A stretch of DNA of 64,000 nucleotides, taken from NCBI GenBank assembly GCA_048013815.1, contig CM106585.1:124001-188000 (forward strand), in the 5' to 3' direction. The translations under genes were made by a program, and so were the position numbers. Source of the stretch: Setoptus koraiensis. Its lineage: Eukaryota > Animalia > Arthropoda. A model generated the notes under the pieces. That model did no database searches, was not told where the DNA came from, and saw only the letters and a list, made by a program, of their open reading frames with translations. Below are positions 1 through 11,450 of the stretch, piece by piece (the stretch's first letter is position 1; the number at the start of each line of letters is the position of its first letter).

Positions 1-1413
1 TGTACTTGTTCATTGATCTCTCTGTCTCTTTTCGCATTTTTCCTTGTTTTGCATCATCGCTAGAGGTAGAAATAATTGGAACAAAATACAGGTCATTTTG
101 TATCTTGAATCATCTCGGATGGGTAAGTAATCATATGGAAGATTGGTTGTCGAAGCATCAATTCTATTCGTACTCCCGCAAAACACGACTGGAATCAATT
201 GTGCATTGATGATTGATTTTAAATAATTTCTCTCCAGGGCATTGGAATGTTTCTTGCGCCATTGGTAGGTCATTTTGCTCATCAATGGAGATATCTTATT
301 GCTGTTATACCTGTTACAAATGCGCTAATGTAAGTCTAAAACATCATCAGTTATCAACAAATGATAGCCACAGTATCCAATCCAAGTACTTTTGGTGGAT
401 TTACTCATTATATGTTTGTTTCATATAATCGTATTCGATTAGGATGCCATGGATGTTTATCTTGCCAGAATCTATCAGATGGCTGATACTGAACAACGAG
501 ATGGACAAGGCTAGAAAAGAGATCAAAAGAGCCTCCAAATTCAATAGGTTGAGTCATGTGGATTTTGACCAGAAGATTGACAAGTTTTTGGTCAAGAAAA
601 AGCTCGATGTAAGCCTTTTATTTCATCTTAAGCTAGATATCGAGACAAGACTACCTACTTACAAAATTTTTTATTCGTTCTCTCTCGATCGATAAAATGT
701 AGCAAATGGATTGTTCAGAATCTCGTGGCTCCGTCACTAAGCTGTTCACCAATAGTGCTCTGCTAAAAGCCATGATCATACTAAGCTCTGTGTACTTCAT
801 GTTGATGTATATCTTTTACGCCAGGACATTACATTTTGCACCCGACGAAGCATCCATGTTTGCTAATTTCTTAATTACGGGGACGGGTGAATGGATAAGT
901 TTATTCATATCTACAATAAGCGTTTTGTACATATCGAGAAAGGGCTGTTTGGCAATATCCCTAACAATCACTTCTGCTTCTCTAATTGTCGAGGCAATTG
1001 CCCACAGTACAATGGATTCTGTTTGGCCAATATTGGATTACACAACAGAGGCATCGATCAAAGTGTTTGTAATGTGTGCAACATTGATAACAATTTTAGT
1101 GAATTTAGAAACACTTCCGACTGAATTAAGACAAAGTGGTACAACTGTCGTTTGTATTATGGGTTGTATAGGCACGGCAATCGCTCCATTTTATATTAGA
1201 CTCAATGAGATACTAGGACACATATCACACACTCTTCTATTGGCTCTAATAACAATATTGCTGGCAATATCTATCCAATATTTTCTCAGAGAGACAGGAA
1301 AAAGTGAAATTATTGACGCTGTGGCAACTAAAGCTCATCCTGACAATAAACCCACCAAGCTGAGCTCCGTTATTAGTAACAAAGACGACCACAATGAAAC
1401 TGTTCAAGATTGA
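1..1413 (+). CDS. SLC22/organic cation transporter-like MFS protein, 5' truncated by the window edge; exons <1-122, 238-329, 443-608, 703-1413
   Basis: Three GT-AG introns (GTAAGT at 123 and 330, GTAAGC at 609) join the frames without stops: EIIGTKYRS..LGW|GIGMFLAPLVGHFAHQWRYL..|MPWMFILPESIRWL..|Q-MDC..ETLPTELRQSG..LRETGK. The PESxRWL, ExxPTxxR and LxET motifs are typical of SLC22. Confidence 0.8.
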
Positions 1414-1642
1414 TCATCAATTAATGCCAATGCACAAGAACGATGTACCATCATGAGTGATCATCTACCCGCGTATATACCAGAAGACTGACACAACACG
1501 CATGATAGTGTATGCCTTATGATCATCTCGAAGTTCTAAAAATATTGATTCGATATTAACAGTTGAGTTTCTCCTTGGAACATTCACCTTAGGTTATAAG
1601 GTAATGAGTTGGATCTTGCAAATTAATAAATAGATATGATTG

Positions 1643-2143
1643 TCAAACAAGGCCTAGAGACTTCCTTACAAGTCTATCGGCGATACTATTGAACTTTTCC
1701 CTATCCTGTCTCCACATTTTCGCGGCATCAACATTTGCTCCGCTCTCGTCATTTGGTTCGGCCAGCATGGAAACAACTGACAATAGTACTTTTTCAACAC
1801 TCTGTACAGGTGACCATCTTTCCGAGCTGGACTCGTAGCCCATAGGGTCAACTCCTGGTGCGTGTAAGATTGATATGCAAACTCGCCCGTCACTATAAAT
1901 ATTTGGATGAAACATTTCGCTTATGAAACGCATTTTAGGTGGACTAAGAGGATAGTCTGAGGGGAATGTGAGTTTAGCGCAAAAGACTCCGCCTTCAAAG
2001 CAAGTGCCCTCGGGTCCCATTATTACAGCCTCCCATTCGAAAAAGTTCTCCTCGTCTATGGGGCCCGCAATGATTCCATCGGGTGGATCGAGGGTTAATT
2101 GTTTGTATTCGGCCAATAGTCTACGCAAAGCAGCTCCTGCCAT
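1643..2143 (-). CDS. UBE2G2: Ubiquitin-conjugating enzyme E2 G2 (Ubc7), intronless
   Basis: 166-aa ORF starting MAGAALRRLLAEYKQL; HPNIY..GRVCISILH active site plus the Ubc7-type acidic loop (PGVDPMGYESSSERWSPVQS). Confidence 0.95.
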   Translation of the reverse strand: MAGAALRRLLAEYKQLTLDPPDGIIAGPIDEENFFEWEAVIMGPEGTCFEGGVFCAKLTFPSDYPLSPPKMRFISEMFHPNIYSDGRVCISILHAPGVDPMGYESSSERWSPVQSVEKVLLSVVSMLAEPNDESGANVDAAKMWRQDREKFNSIADRLVRKSLGLV

Positions 2144-2725
2144 AATTGCTGGTTGTTTCTATCCCTGAAAATCCGAGAAGTTTTGTAAGTATGATGTAAT
2201 AGCGATAAACCCCAATTTAGAAACAGATGGTGTTTGTTTATAACTGTTACTAAATTCTAGAATTATGACGATTTGTTGCGCCTAACATGCTGGCGCGCTA
2301 TTCAAACTATTACATTGCGTCATTTCAGAGTTTTATTGTTGTTTACACATCCACCATGGCCATCGTTGGCCACCATTACACAGAGTAGTAGAGTGGATAG
2401 AAGCAAGAAATTATTTACTGAAAACAAAACTAATTCTAGTAATAGACAACTAGGCTATCATTATCATCAGCCGAACATTTCCATTCATTTATAAATCAAT
2501 CACTATGTGATGAGCTCATCGAGGCCATAAGTAGAATGAAGTTATCTCGTTACTAGGCAGAACATGTACCAACTTAAAGTATTTTGGAAAATATAAACGA
2601 GCTTAGTCCATAATCAAGAATTTATCAAACCAATAAAAAATCACAGATTGATCTATTTTCTACAAGATTGGAACTTCCAAGAATATTATTTTTGTTGCTA
2701 AATAAACATTTTTGTATATGCAACC

Positions 2726-4564
2726 ATGTTGTCAGGATTACTATTGAGGACAGTTCCGAAAACGGCGCAACTAGTTTGTAGAGGACCTCAAATTATTAGA
2801 ACTCTAACCTCAACTAGACCAAATTACGTTGTTACCACCCATTACAAAACTATAGATCGATCCAAAGATGAAAGATGGAAAGACATTGATATGGAGCGTG
2901 TCGTTGATGAAACCGACATATTAATCGTAGGTGGGGGACCAGCTGGATTGGCGACAGCCATAAAATTGAAACAACTAGCCAATCAAAATGGTAAGGAGCT
3001 CAGAGTTTGCCTCATCGAGAAGGCTGCCGAGATTGGGGGCCACACTCTCAGTGGTGCTTGTATTGAAACAGCTCCGATAGATGAATTAATACCCGACTGG
3101 AAGTCGGACCCAGATTGTCCAATTAAGACACCAGTTACTAAAGACAAATTTAGTTATTTAACCGAAACAAGGAGTATTAGTATTCCTGTGTTCAAAGGAA
3201 CACCAATGTACAATCACGGTAATTACGTTGTTCGCTTGGGACACGTTGTTAAATGGCTAGGCCAGAAAGCTGAAGAACTTGGAGTAGAAATTTACAATGG
3301 ATATGCCGCCCAGGAGATTCTGATGGACGATGAGAATCAATTTGTCAAAGGTGTTGCCACAGGAGATGTGGGTATTTCCAAAGACGGTTCACCCAAATCC
3401 CAATTTGAGCGTGGAATGGAGTTACATTCAAAACTAACAGTATTCGCCGAAGGTTGCCGGGGTCATTTAGCAAAAGAACTGATAAAAAAGTATAATCTGG
3501 GAAAAAATAGCGATCCACAACATTATGGTATTGGATTAAAAGAGTTGTGGGTAATAGATAAGGCGTTGCACAATCCGGGACAAGTAGAGCATACCATAGG
3601 TTGGCCATTGGGAAAGGACACTTATGGCGGATCATTCTTATATCATTTAAATGAGGAACAACCAATCATTGCAGTGGGCTTCGTAGTAGGATTAGATTAT
3701 AAGAATCCCTATCTCAGTCCCTATAGAGAGTTCCAGCGTTACAAACTACATCCTTTTGTAAGAAAATACTTTGACAATAGCGCAGCGCAAAGGATTGGCT
3801 ATGGAGCTAGAGCCCTCAACGAAGGTGGATATCAATCAATACCCAAATTAACATTCCCTGGCGGTTGTCTGATAGGCTGCTCCGCGGGCCTGCTGAATGT
3901 GCCGAAAATTAAGGGCACCCACAATGCAATAAAAAGTGGAATAATTGCGGCCGAAAGTATATACGATTCTTACGAGAAGAATCTCCTCAGCGACTATGGT
4001 CATGATCCGGAAGAGTACGAGACTAATTTGCGCTCTAGCGAAGTCTGGAAAGAACTGTACAAAGTAAGGAATGTTAAGCCGTCTTTTGAAACAAAACTGG
4101 GATTGTATGGCATGTTGGCTTACGGTGGTGTGTCACAATTGCTATTCCGTGGCAATGAGCCTTGGACATTGTCACACTCGCACCCTGATAATACCAAATT
4201 GTTGCCTGCGGATCAATGTAAGGATATTGAATATCCAAAACCGGATGGAAAGATAACATTTGATATATTGTCATCTGTTGCATTGACTGGAACAAATCAC
4301 GAGGGCGATCAACCTGCTCATTTGACGCTAAAAGATGATACGCTACCAGAAAGTGAGAATTATCCTAAATATGCGGGCCCTGAATCGCGTTATTGCCCAG
4401 CTGGAGTGTACGAATACAACGCGGACGAGAATGGAAAGTTTAAGTTGCAAATTAATGCACAAAATTGTATACATTGTAAAACTTGTGATATTAAAGACCC
4501 TAATCAGAACATTAATTGGGTGGCGCCAGAGAATGGTGGCGGGCCCGCCTACAACGGAATGTAA
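2726..4564 (+). CDS. ETFDH: Electron transfer flavoprotein-ubiquinone oxidoreductase, mitochondrial, intronless
   Basis: 612-aa ORF with a basic presequence, FAD-binding IVGGGPAGL, and C-terminal 4Fe-4S motifs RYCPAGVYE and [13 protein letters not shown]. Confidence 0.97.
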   Translation: MLSGLLLRTVPKTAQLVCRGPQIIRTLTSTRPNYVVTTHYKTIDRSKDERWKDIDMERVVDETDILIVGGGPAGLATAIKLKQLANQNGKELRVCLIEKAAEIGGHTLSGACIETAPIDELIPDWKSDPDCPIKTPVTKDKFSYLTETRSISIPVFKGTPMYNHGNYVVRLGHVVKWLGQKAEELGVEIYNGYAAQEILMDDENQFVKGVATGDVGISKDGSPKSQFERGMELHSKLTVFAEGCRGHLAKELIKKYNLGKNSDPQHYGIGLKELWVIDKALHNPGQVEHTIGWPLGKDTYGGSFLYHLNEEQPIIAVGFVVGLDYKNPYLSPYREFQRYKLHPFVRKYFDNSAAQRIGYGARALNEGGYQSIPKLTFPGGCLIGCSAGLLNVPKIKGTHNAIKSGIIAAESIYDSYEKNLLSDYGHDPEEYETNLRSSEVWKELYKVRNVKPSFETKLGLYGMLAYGGVSQLLFRGNEPWTLSHSHPDNTKLLPADQCKDIEYPKPDGKITFDILSSVALTGTNHEGDQPAHLTLKDDTLPESENYPKYAGPESRYCPAGVYEYNADENGKFKLQINAQNCIHCKTCDIKDPNQNINWVAPENGGGPAYNGM

Positions 4565-4683
4565 CAGACACAACCAATCCAACTATAATAAATATTGTTG
4601 ACAAGCTTATAGATAATATATATATATATATATATACATGAATGTATATTATTGATTGATTTAATAATAAATTTATTTATTGT

Positions 4684-5823
4684 TTACGGTTTTTTAGACA
4701 AATCTAGAGGGGCATTTTGATTGAATACATAGACGTACATGTTAGATGAGTGTGATGGCTTTGTGTGATGCTGTTGTTGGTGGCGATTGGCATTGTTGAG
4801 GTTGTTGTTGTTGTTGTTATTGTTGTTGTTGTTGTGTGGGTGATGATGATGATGGTGATTATGATGATGGGGTAGTTGTTGGTTAGCTGGGGATGATGGT
4901 TGTGAGCGTGGGTTATGATGATGATGGTTTAATTGTAATGGTTGTTGTTGTTGTTGTTGTTGTAATTGGCTAGCCGAAGACGATGGTTGTAAGTGTGTTG
5001 TGTGATGATGAAGAAGATGATCTTGGCGCAATTGTAATTGTTGTATTCCGGACAACAAGGGCAGTACGTGCGAAGTGTGATGATTATGATGGTGCTGCTG
5101 GTGGTTGTGATGAAGGTGATGTAGTGGGTTAGCTGAAGTAGATGATTGTGATTGTGCATTGAGTTGATGGTGTTGATGATGATTATGATTAAGTTGGTTT
5201 GGGTGCACGTGTGCGTTTGCGTTATTTGTGATTGTTGTAGCAGTTGTAGTTGTTGTGGTTGTTGTTGGTGTTGTTGTTGGTGTTGTTGTTGTGTTGGTTG
5301 TTGCCGATGATGATGATGATGTTGTTGTTTGCAGTTGACTTGGTGACGACGACGAGGTAGATGACGAGGATGACGAGGAGGACTTTTTTATCCTAGGTCC
5401 TCTTTTTGTTCCATATACATCAATGAAATGTGTGTTAGTTGTTCCGTCGCTGTTCAACACAGTAGATGGTTGATGCTCATATTTGCGTAGGTGCAATTTT
5501 AAACTGTGCAAATATTTTGTGGCGTAACGACAGTCTCGACAACAGTAGGGATATTTGTCCGAATGTGACTTCATGTGACTATTTAGCATTGATTTGTTGA
5601 CGCATTCGTATTTGCAAATGTGACACCTGAATGGCTTTAGGCCACTGTGATTGCGATGATGATATTCCAAATGGTGTTTGTATTCTGTGACAAATGCACA
5701 TTTGTCGCAGCATAACAATTTCTCTGGTTTCATATGTTGACGAGAATGTTGCCAAAAGTCACTCTTGCTGTTGAACACATGATTGCATTGGCGACACTTG
5801 TACTCTCTGACTTTGTTGGCCAT
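4684..5823 (-). CDS. hb: Hunchback C2H2 zinc-finger transcription factor (four central fingers only)
   Basis: Fingers [51 protein letters not shown] and [23 protein letters not shown], followed by the hb-typical [17 protein letters not shown] box. Then poly-S/T/H/Q/N tracts and a terminal PLDLSKK. Confidence 0.92.
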   Translation of the reverse strand: MANKVREYKCRQCNHVFNSKSDFWQHSRQHMKPEKLLCCDKCAFVTEYKHHLEYHHRNHSGLKPFRCHICKYECVNKSMLNSHMKSHSDKYPYCCRDCRYATKYLHSLKLHLRKYEHQPSTVLNSDGTTNTHFIDVYGTKRGPRIKKSSSSSSSSTSSSSPSQLQTTTSSSSSATTNTTTTPTTTPTTTTTTTTATTITNNANAHVHPNQLNHNHHQHHQLNAQSQSSTSANPLHHLHHNHQQHHHNHHTSHVLPLLSGIQQLQLRQDHLLHHHTTHLQPSSSASQLQQQQQQQPLQLNHHHHNPRSQPSSPANQQLPHHHNHHHHHHPHNNNNNNNNNNNLNNANRHQQQHHTKPSHSSNMYVYVFNQNAPLDLSKKP

Positions 5824-5949
5824 TGCTGTGTTGGCTCTGTTATTGGGCGCTTGTTGGGTATATTTTTGCTATTGGTTAGTCTGCTGATAGCTGATTTTTG
5901 ATTTCTGATTGTTGATTGTTGATTGGGCAAGCTTGTTGCTGCTGGTTGA

Positions 5950-6050
5950 TATCAATCAGTTGCTGATGCCAGTCGCTTGCTGATGCCAGCCGATGGTCGC
6001 TGCCAGCCGATTGTTGGTGCCAGCCGATTGTTGATGCCGGTCAATTGTTG
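5950..6050. repeat. Degenerate ~17-bp tandem array (GTTGATGCCAGCCGATT-like), about 5 units, in the hb leader
   Basis: Units such as gctgatgccagccgat, gctgccagccgatt, gttggtgccagccgatt and gttgatgccggtcaatt are visible. Confidence 0.7.
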
Positions 6051-8255
6051 ATATCGTCGGTATCAGTCGAATGTCGGTGTATGGGGTCGAGTTGCATTGG
6101 CGAGTCTTGTTTGTTTATCGGCGATTATTTATAAAATAATAATAGTGATCGGCGAAGAATTGAGAAGTTGTTGTAATAAGTGAGAGTGCATTCGATTTGC
6201 TCGCCACACACAACTTTTTGTCACAGTTTTGTTGCTCTTGTTGGCGTGCGCCGCTGTGCGCACTCCCTCACACCATTGGCTGTGTTTTAGCCTAGAGCGC
6301 AGTGTAGCAGCCTCGGGCCCACTCGCTCTCGCTCACTAACATTCTTTGTGTGCGTGCGCAAAAAAAGTGTGTTGGCCTGCTCAAAAAGTGATGACGCTGC
6401 GCATGGGCACTGACCATTTTTTGCGCGCCAGCAGCCTATCTATTGGTCCATTTCTCTCTACATTTGTATGCCCGTCTCTACTCTCTTTGCCCCCCTTTAC
6501 ATTCTGCCTGCGTCTTTACATTTTGTGCCCGTCTGTCCGTCCGTCCGTCTCTGTGGCACGACAACAACAGCAACAACAGCAACAACAACAACAACAAGCA
6601 ACAACAAGCAACAACAACAACGACAAGCAACAAACTGGCTTGCGAACGCCAATCTCGATGCAGCACGCTGACCGCTGCTAAAACGCCACTGCGCATGCTC
6701 TCTCAAGACGAGCTGTTGCTACATAGAGCCGCATGCACACTCTCTAGCTAGCTCACTGGGTAGCTAGAGACTGTCTGCTAGGCACTCGCTTGGGTATCCC
6801 CCCCCCCTGACGAAATTTTACTATTTATTGTGGTAAAATTACTTACCAATAGTGCCAATGCCCAACAAATACCCAATCACCTGTGTCTGCCCGTAGCGTT
6901 GGCCCGCAGCGTTGGCGCGTAGCAATGGTCCGCAACAATGGCCCGTCCAAATACCCAAAGGGGTCACGGGGGTAGCTAGAGAGCGGGTGCGAGGCTAAAG
7001 GCCAGGTACCTGCAAGCAGTGCCTATAGTGACACTGATACTGGTGCAGCTACACACAATTAGATTGTTGTTGTGCATATCATTATACTGCTAGCAGTTGT
7101 TGTCGCATATCATCAGTTTTTGTGCGTGTCTTCAGTTTTTATTTTGTTATTATCAATTGTCATCTCTCTTCGCGACAACTACAACAACAACAACTGCAAC
7201 AACGACTGCTTGTGTTGCCGCTAGTTGAGCTGCACGCAGCAACCCATCGAACGAGCAGCGCTCGCAACAATATAATCACCAGGCACACTGCACAAAACGT
7301 CGATTTAAGACGATAGCAACAACAGCAACAACAACAACACAAACGTGTGTTTTAATCGCTGATCAAAGTGACGATTAGAGCACGTTGTTGAGTTCGCATC
7401 AGTTGTATAGAAGCAGCAACAGCCAAGAGAACACAAGATGAAGAACAACACGAGACACTGAGATAGACAAACAATGAAATTAGCGGTCAAGATTGGCGTT
7501 GCTTACAAAGCTTGTTAGAGGTTGCTCTCTCTAACAATTGTAAACAGCTCGCTACTCTCGCACAATCACAGCAACGTGTTTCTACACACTAACACGCACA
7601 AGCACGCACATTTGACCCCTGGCTCGTACAAGTGTAGTTATAGTTAGTTATAGCTAGTTATAGTTAGTTGGCCCGGACACACGATATCATGTCACAATAT
7701 CGACAACATTGACCACGTCGACAACATCGACCATGTCGACTACATCGACAATGTCTCGGCAGAGCCCCAACAAGACGCAAAAAGTCGACGTAAAACGTCG
7801 TTTTATACATTGCCATACATACATACCAACCGACCAATGAGACTAGCGAGACAAACCGAGTGCACATTCTTGCACTTGTAACAACTGTTTGCGCACATTG
7901 CTGGTCCACTGCGCCACCTCGCGCAGCACCTATATAAACACAACTAAACTACACTATACTACCGGCTACTTGGGCCGGCACAGTTAGCCATAGTAGTTGT
8001 GTCGTGTGCAAACAACTGTGCACTTTTTGGGCCCCACTTATAAACAAATGGGGCTACTGTCATAACCAATGATGACGCAATACTGTAATACGATGATGAC
8101 TGTGGCTCTGTCAGGCTTACAGTGTGCGTGTGACAACAATGGTACAAAGTATTCATTCTATATATATATATTCATTCACCTATGGATGGATATATGAATG
8201 AATACGAGAATGAATATGCGAATGAATCTATGAATGGGCATGCGAATAGGTGTGT

Positions 8256-8358
8256 GAATGAATATGTGAATGAATATACTGAATGAATATCTCGAATGAA
8301 TATACTGAATGAATATCTCGAATGAATATACTGAATGAATATCTCGAATGAATATTTC
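8256..8358. repeat. 13-bp tandem array with 26-bp higher-order structure
   Basis: GAATGAATATACT alternates with GAATGAATATCTC three times (8268-8345), with one variant unit on each side. Confidence 0.95.
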
Positions 8359-10900
8359 GAATGTGACCAGACTGGCCGCTGGCCGAATTTGTGCCTGTCG
8401 GCGTGTTGATTGGCCGAAGCAGAGCGACAAAACCGGTGAGGCCAAGCACAAATGAATGAGCAGTTTTGATGGGAGCCATCACGATTATCAGTTATTATCG
8501 GTGTGTGTGTGTGTTGTGGCGCAAGTGAGAAGAACGCATTCACAATTGCCGGTGACCGTGCTATTGGTGTTACAATTGGAACGGTTGCTTCTGTTTGCAG
8601 CGACAGCGGCACGACTAAAATCATCATTATCTAATGGCGTCATCATTATCGCGAAAGCGTCCTGTCTATTTCCTGTTTAGTCACTAAACTTTGTTGTGTG
8701 CGCGCACTGTTTGTGCCACGAAACGCATCAGTGTAGGTGTCAGAGTGTCTCTCTAGTGTCATATTTGTCACCTTGTTGTATAGTTTGTTGTTCGTACAGT
8801 TTGTTGTAGTGGCTCACTTGGCAAGTTGTTGTTGTTGATGTAGCTCTGTCAATTTGCTATGCTCGTCGGCAACTCACATGAGCAGCATGCAGCATCACTC
8901 ATGCGACGGCATAAATACGCCAGACGCATAATTCACGTGAGCGCCAATAATTCCAATAAAAGCTGGCTCCATCTTTTATTTATCTCCAGTTGCTGGGATT
9001 GGCACCGGCCACTGGCCACTGACACTGACATGAGCGCTGACACAATGCAATCTGTGACAGTGTCGTGCATCACGACACACTCTACACATACAACCGGTAT
9101 GCATGCAACCGGTACATATGCAACCGATATATATATATATCCGCATGTGTAACCGGTTATCATAACGGTACTCAAATTAGCGCCCGCGAGAGGCGCCAAA
9201 AAGTGTTGCAAATGGCAGACTGGCAACTAACAGCGACAACCAAACAGCACGGTCAGCCGAGTGGCGCGCACAGCCAAATGAGCGTGTTGATTAATCATGC
9301 AATTCATGCATCATCACTAGCGCTAATAATAATAAATACGCAACATTGTGCCATTGCGCACTCTCATTTACATTTGTGCCGTGCATGCAGCATGAGCAGC
9401 ACGACCGCTGACCACTGGTCAGCGCGAGCAACACGTGGTGGCCCGGCCGCACAGGCAGCACAATCAGCACGGGCAGCACATGCAGCACGGGCTGCACAGG
9501 ATTAATGCGTGGTCGCTGGCTCGTGCCAACTAATAATGATTATGGGCGCGCTTGAGATGAATGATGGTCAGGCAATAAATAATAATAATCTTATAAATAC
9601 GATTGTGCGGCCCGCTGGTCGCCGTCGCATGTGCAACTTGCTCGCTGACCGCTGCTCACATATATTGTCAATGCAGTTGTCGGTTGGCTCTGTTTGCGCT
9701 TTGAGCACTGTGAGCGTGATAACTGTGCCTTACTCACTCGCAACTTTTATACGATTGTTGCGTTTGTGCAAAAGTGTGCGCATCGTGAGCTAACCGATTG
9801 TTGGCCCGCTCACTATACCAATCACATGTGTCCGGTCGGCGCAAACTTGACCAGTCGAGTGAGACATTTGTTTGCATCACGAGAGCCCACGTTAAGACTG
9901 CCTACGCTCGTCGGCTGTCGCAATTGGTCCGATTGGGCCGATCGGCCCAATTGGCAGTGGCTAGACACACGAACGTCACTGCCAACTAAACTCGCGAGTG
10001 GCGACTCTCGAGAGCCAGACTGTAAATTGGCAAGCATGTGCATCATGCAATATATTGCGCATCGGACAACAACATGCTCGCAAATAAATCATCATCCTTT
10101 TTATCATCTCTCTGTGCGATCGACTGGCCGTCCATTGATTGGCTGTCGGGCCTGTGGGCCGTCGGCTCGTCTGGCTGTCGGGCCGTCCGCTTGTCGGGCC
10201 GAAAAGTGTGGCCGCAAAAGTGGCCATCAATTGCGCCGGCAACTCTCATTTGCATGCATGCACTCAGCTTGCCCAACAAAAGCAGCAAATATTAAATTAT
10301 CAATAGTTGCGATATAACAACTGTCCGACTGCATGTCCGATGTCCGCCGCAACATTGCAACGGGCATGCTGCGATTGCCGATTGGCCGTTGTGGCCCAAT
10401 AAAGAGCACAACTGTCATATGTCTCTCAATGGACATTACAACAGCAACACAGTAAGTAAATGGCAACGCAGCCAAGTAATTGCCAGCAAACTTAATGACT
10501 CATGATTGTTTCTAGTGGACACTCATCTAATCTAATCATTAGAGCACAACAGAGCCATTGGCAACTTTTACGACTTACAACTTGTTAGTCGCCAGCAACT
10601 CGCAAGCGACTTGCAATCAAATCGCCAGACACTCACAATGATAAAAAGTTTTGCTTCATTCATGTCTGGCTCACTTTGCATTATTATTATTTACACAATA
10701 ACGAGTTACTTGACTGTCGAGTTGAGTAACGGCACGACAGCGGCATCTAGTGGCCGCTCGGCGGCCCCTTATTAATGTTATCGCTGTTACGGAAATCGCA
10801 ATTAGTAATAACCATTGCATCAACGGGCCCATCATTAATAGTTACATGACTATTAATAACCGCGCTCGTTGTAGCTTTACTAGGTGCACTGATTGCAGGT

Positions 10901-10980
10901 ACACTGATTGCTGCTGATTGCAGCTGATTGCAGCTGATTGTAACTGGTTGTAGCTGGTTGTTGCTGGTTGTTGCTGGTTG
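10901..10980. repeat. 10-bp tandem array, 8 units, stepwise divergent
   Basis: acactgattg ctgctgattg cagctgattg cagctgattg taactggttg tagctggttg ttgctggttg ttgctggttg. Confidence 0.9.
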
Positions 10981-11370
10981 TGAGCTGATTGTGAGCTGAA
11001 CCGTCGGAGGCAGCTTGCGTTTGTTGCAAACTGTCGCAAAAAAAAAACAAAAACTTGTCGACAAAGTGTGGCATGCGGTTGGCATATCTGAGGCTGGCAT
11101 TTTGAGCGAACGACGACAGTCGCAAAAAATGGTGCTTGTTGATTTGAACTTGACAGTAGCAGACGGCGGCAAGCTTGTTGTTTGCATGGAGATGTTGCAG
11201 GCATGAACATGCTGTTAATTAATCATTAGCCAGTGTGTTTGTTGGTGTTTTGTGTCGTCTCATTGGACGGGCTGCATTTGGCGAGCGATTCGATGTGTGC
11301 CAGACGCGATGCTGATTTCATTTCACGCTTAATTAATGATCATGTATCTCGCTCTGTGTATGTGTCGCTC

Positions 11371-11450
11371 ATTATGCGTTATTATGCGTTATTATGCGAT
11401 ATTGTGCGTTATTGTGCGTTGTGGTGCGTTGTGGTGCGTTGTGGTGCGAT
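11371..11450. repeat. 10-bp tandem array, 8 units, stepwise divergent
   Basis: attatgcgtt x2, attatgcgat, attgtgcgtt x2, gtggtgcgtt x2, gtggtgcgat. Confidence 0.9.

Noticed and set aside
7002-7022. CAGGTACCTG resembling miR-275
   Set aside because: The match ends after about 10 nt and there is no hairpin partner arm.
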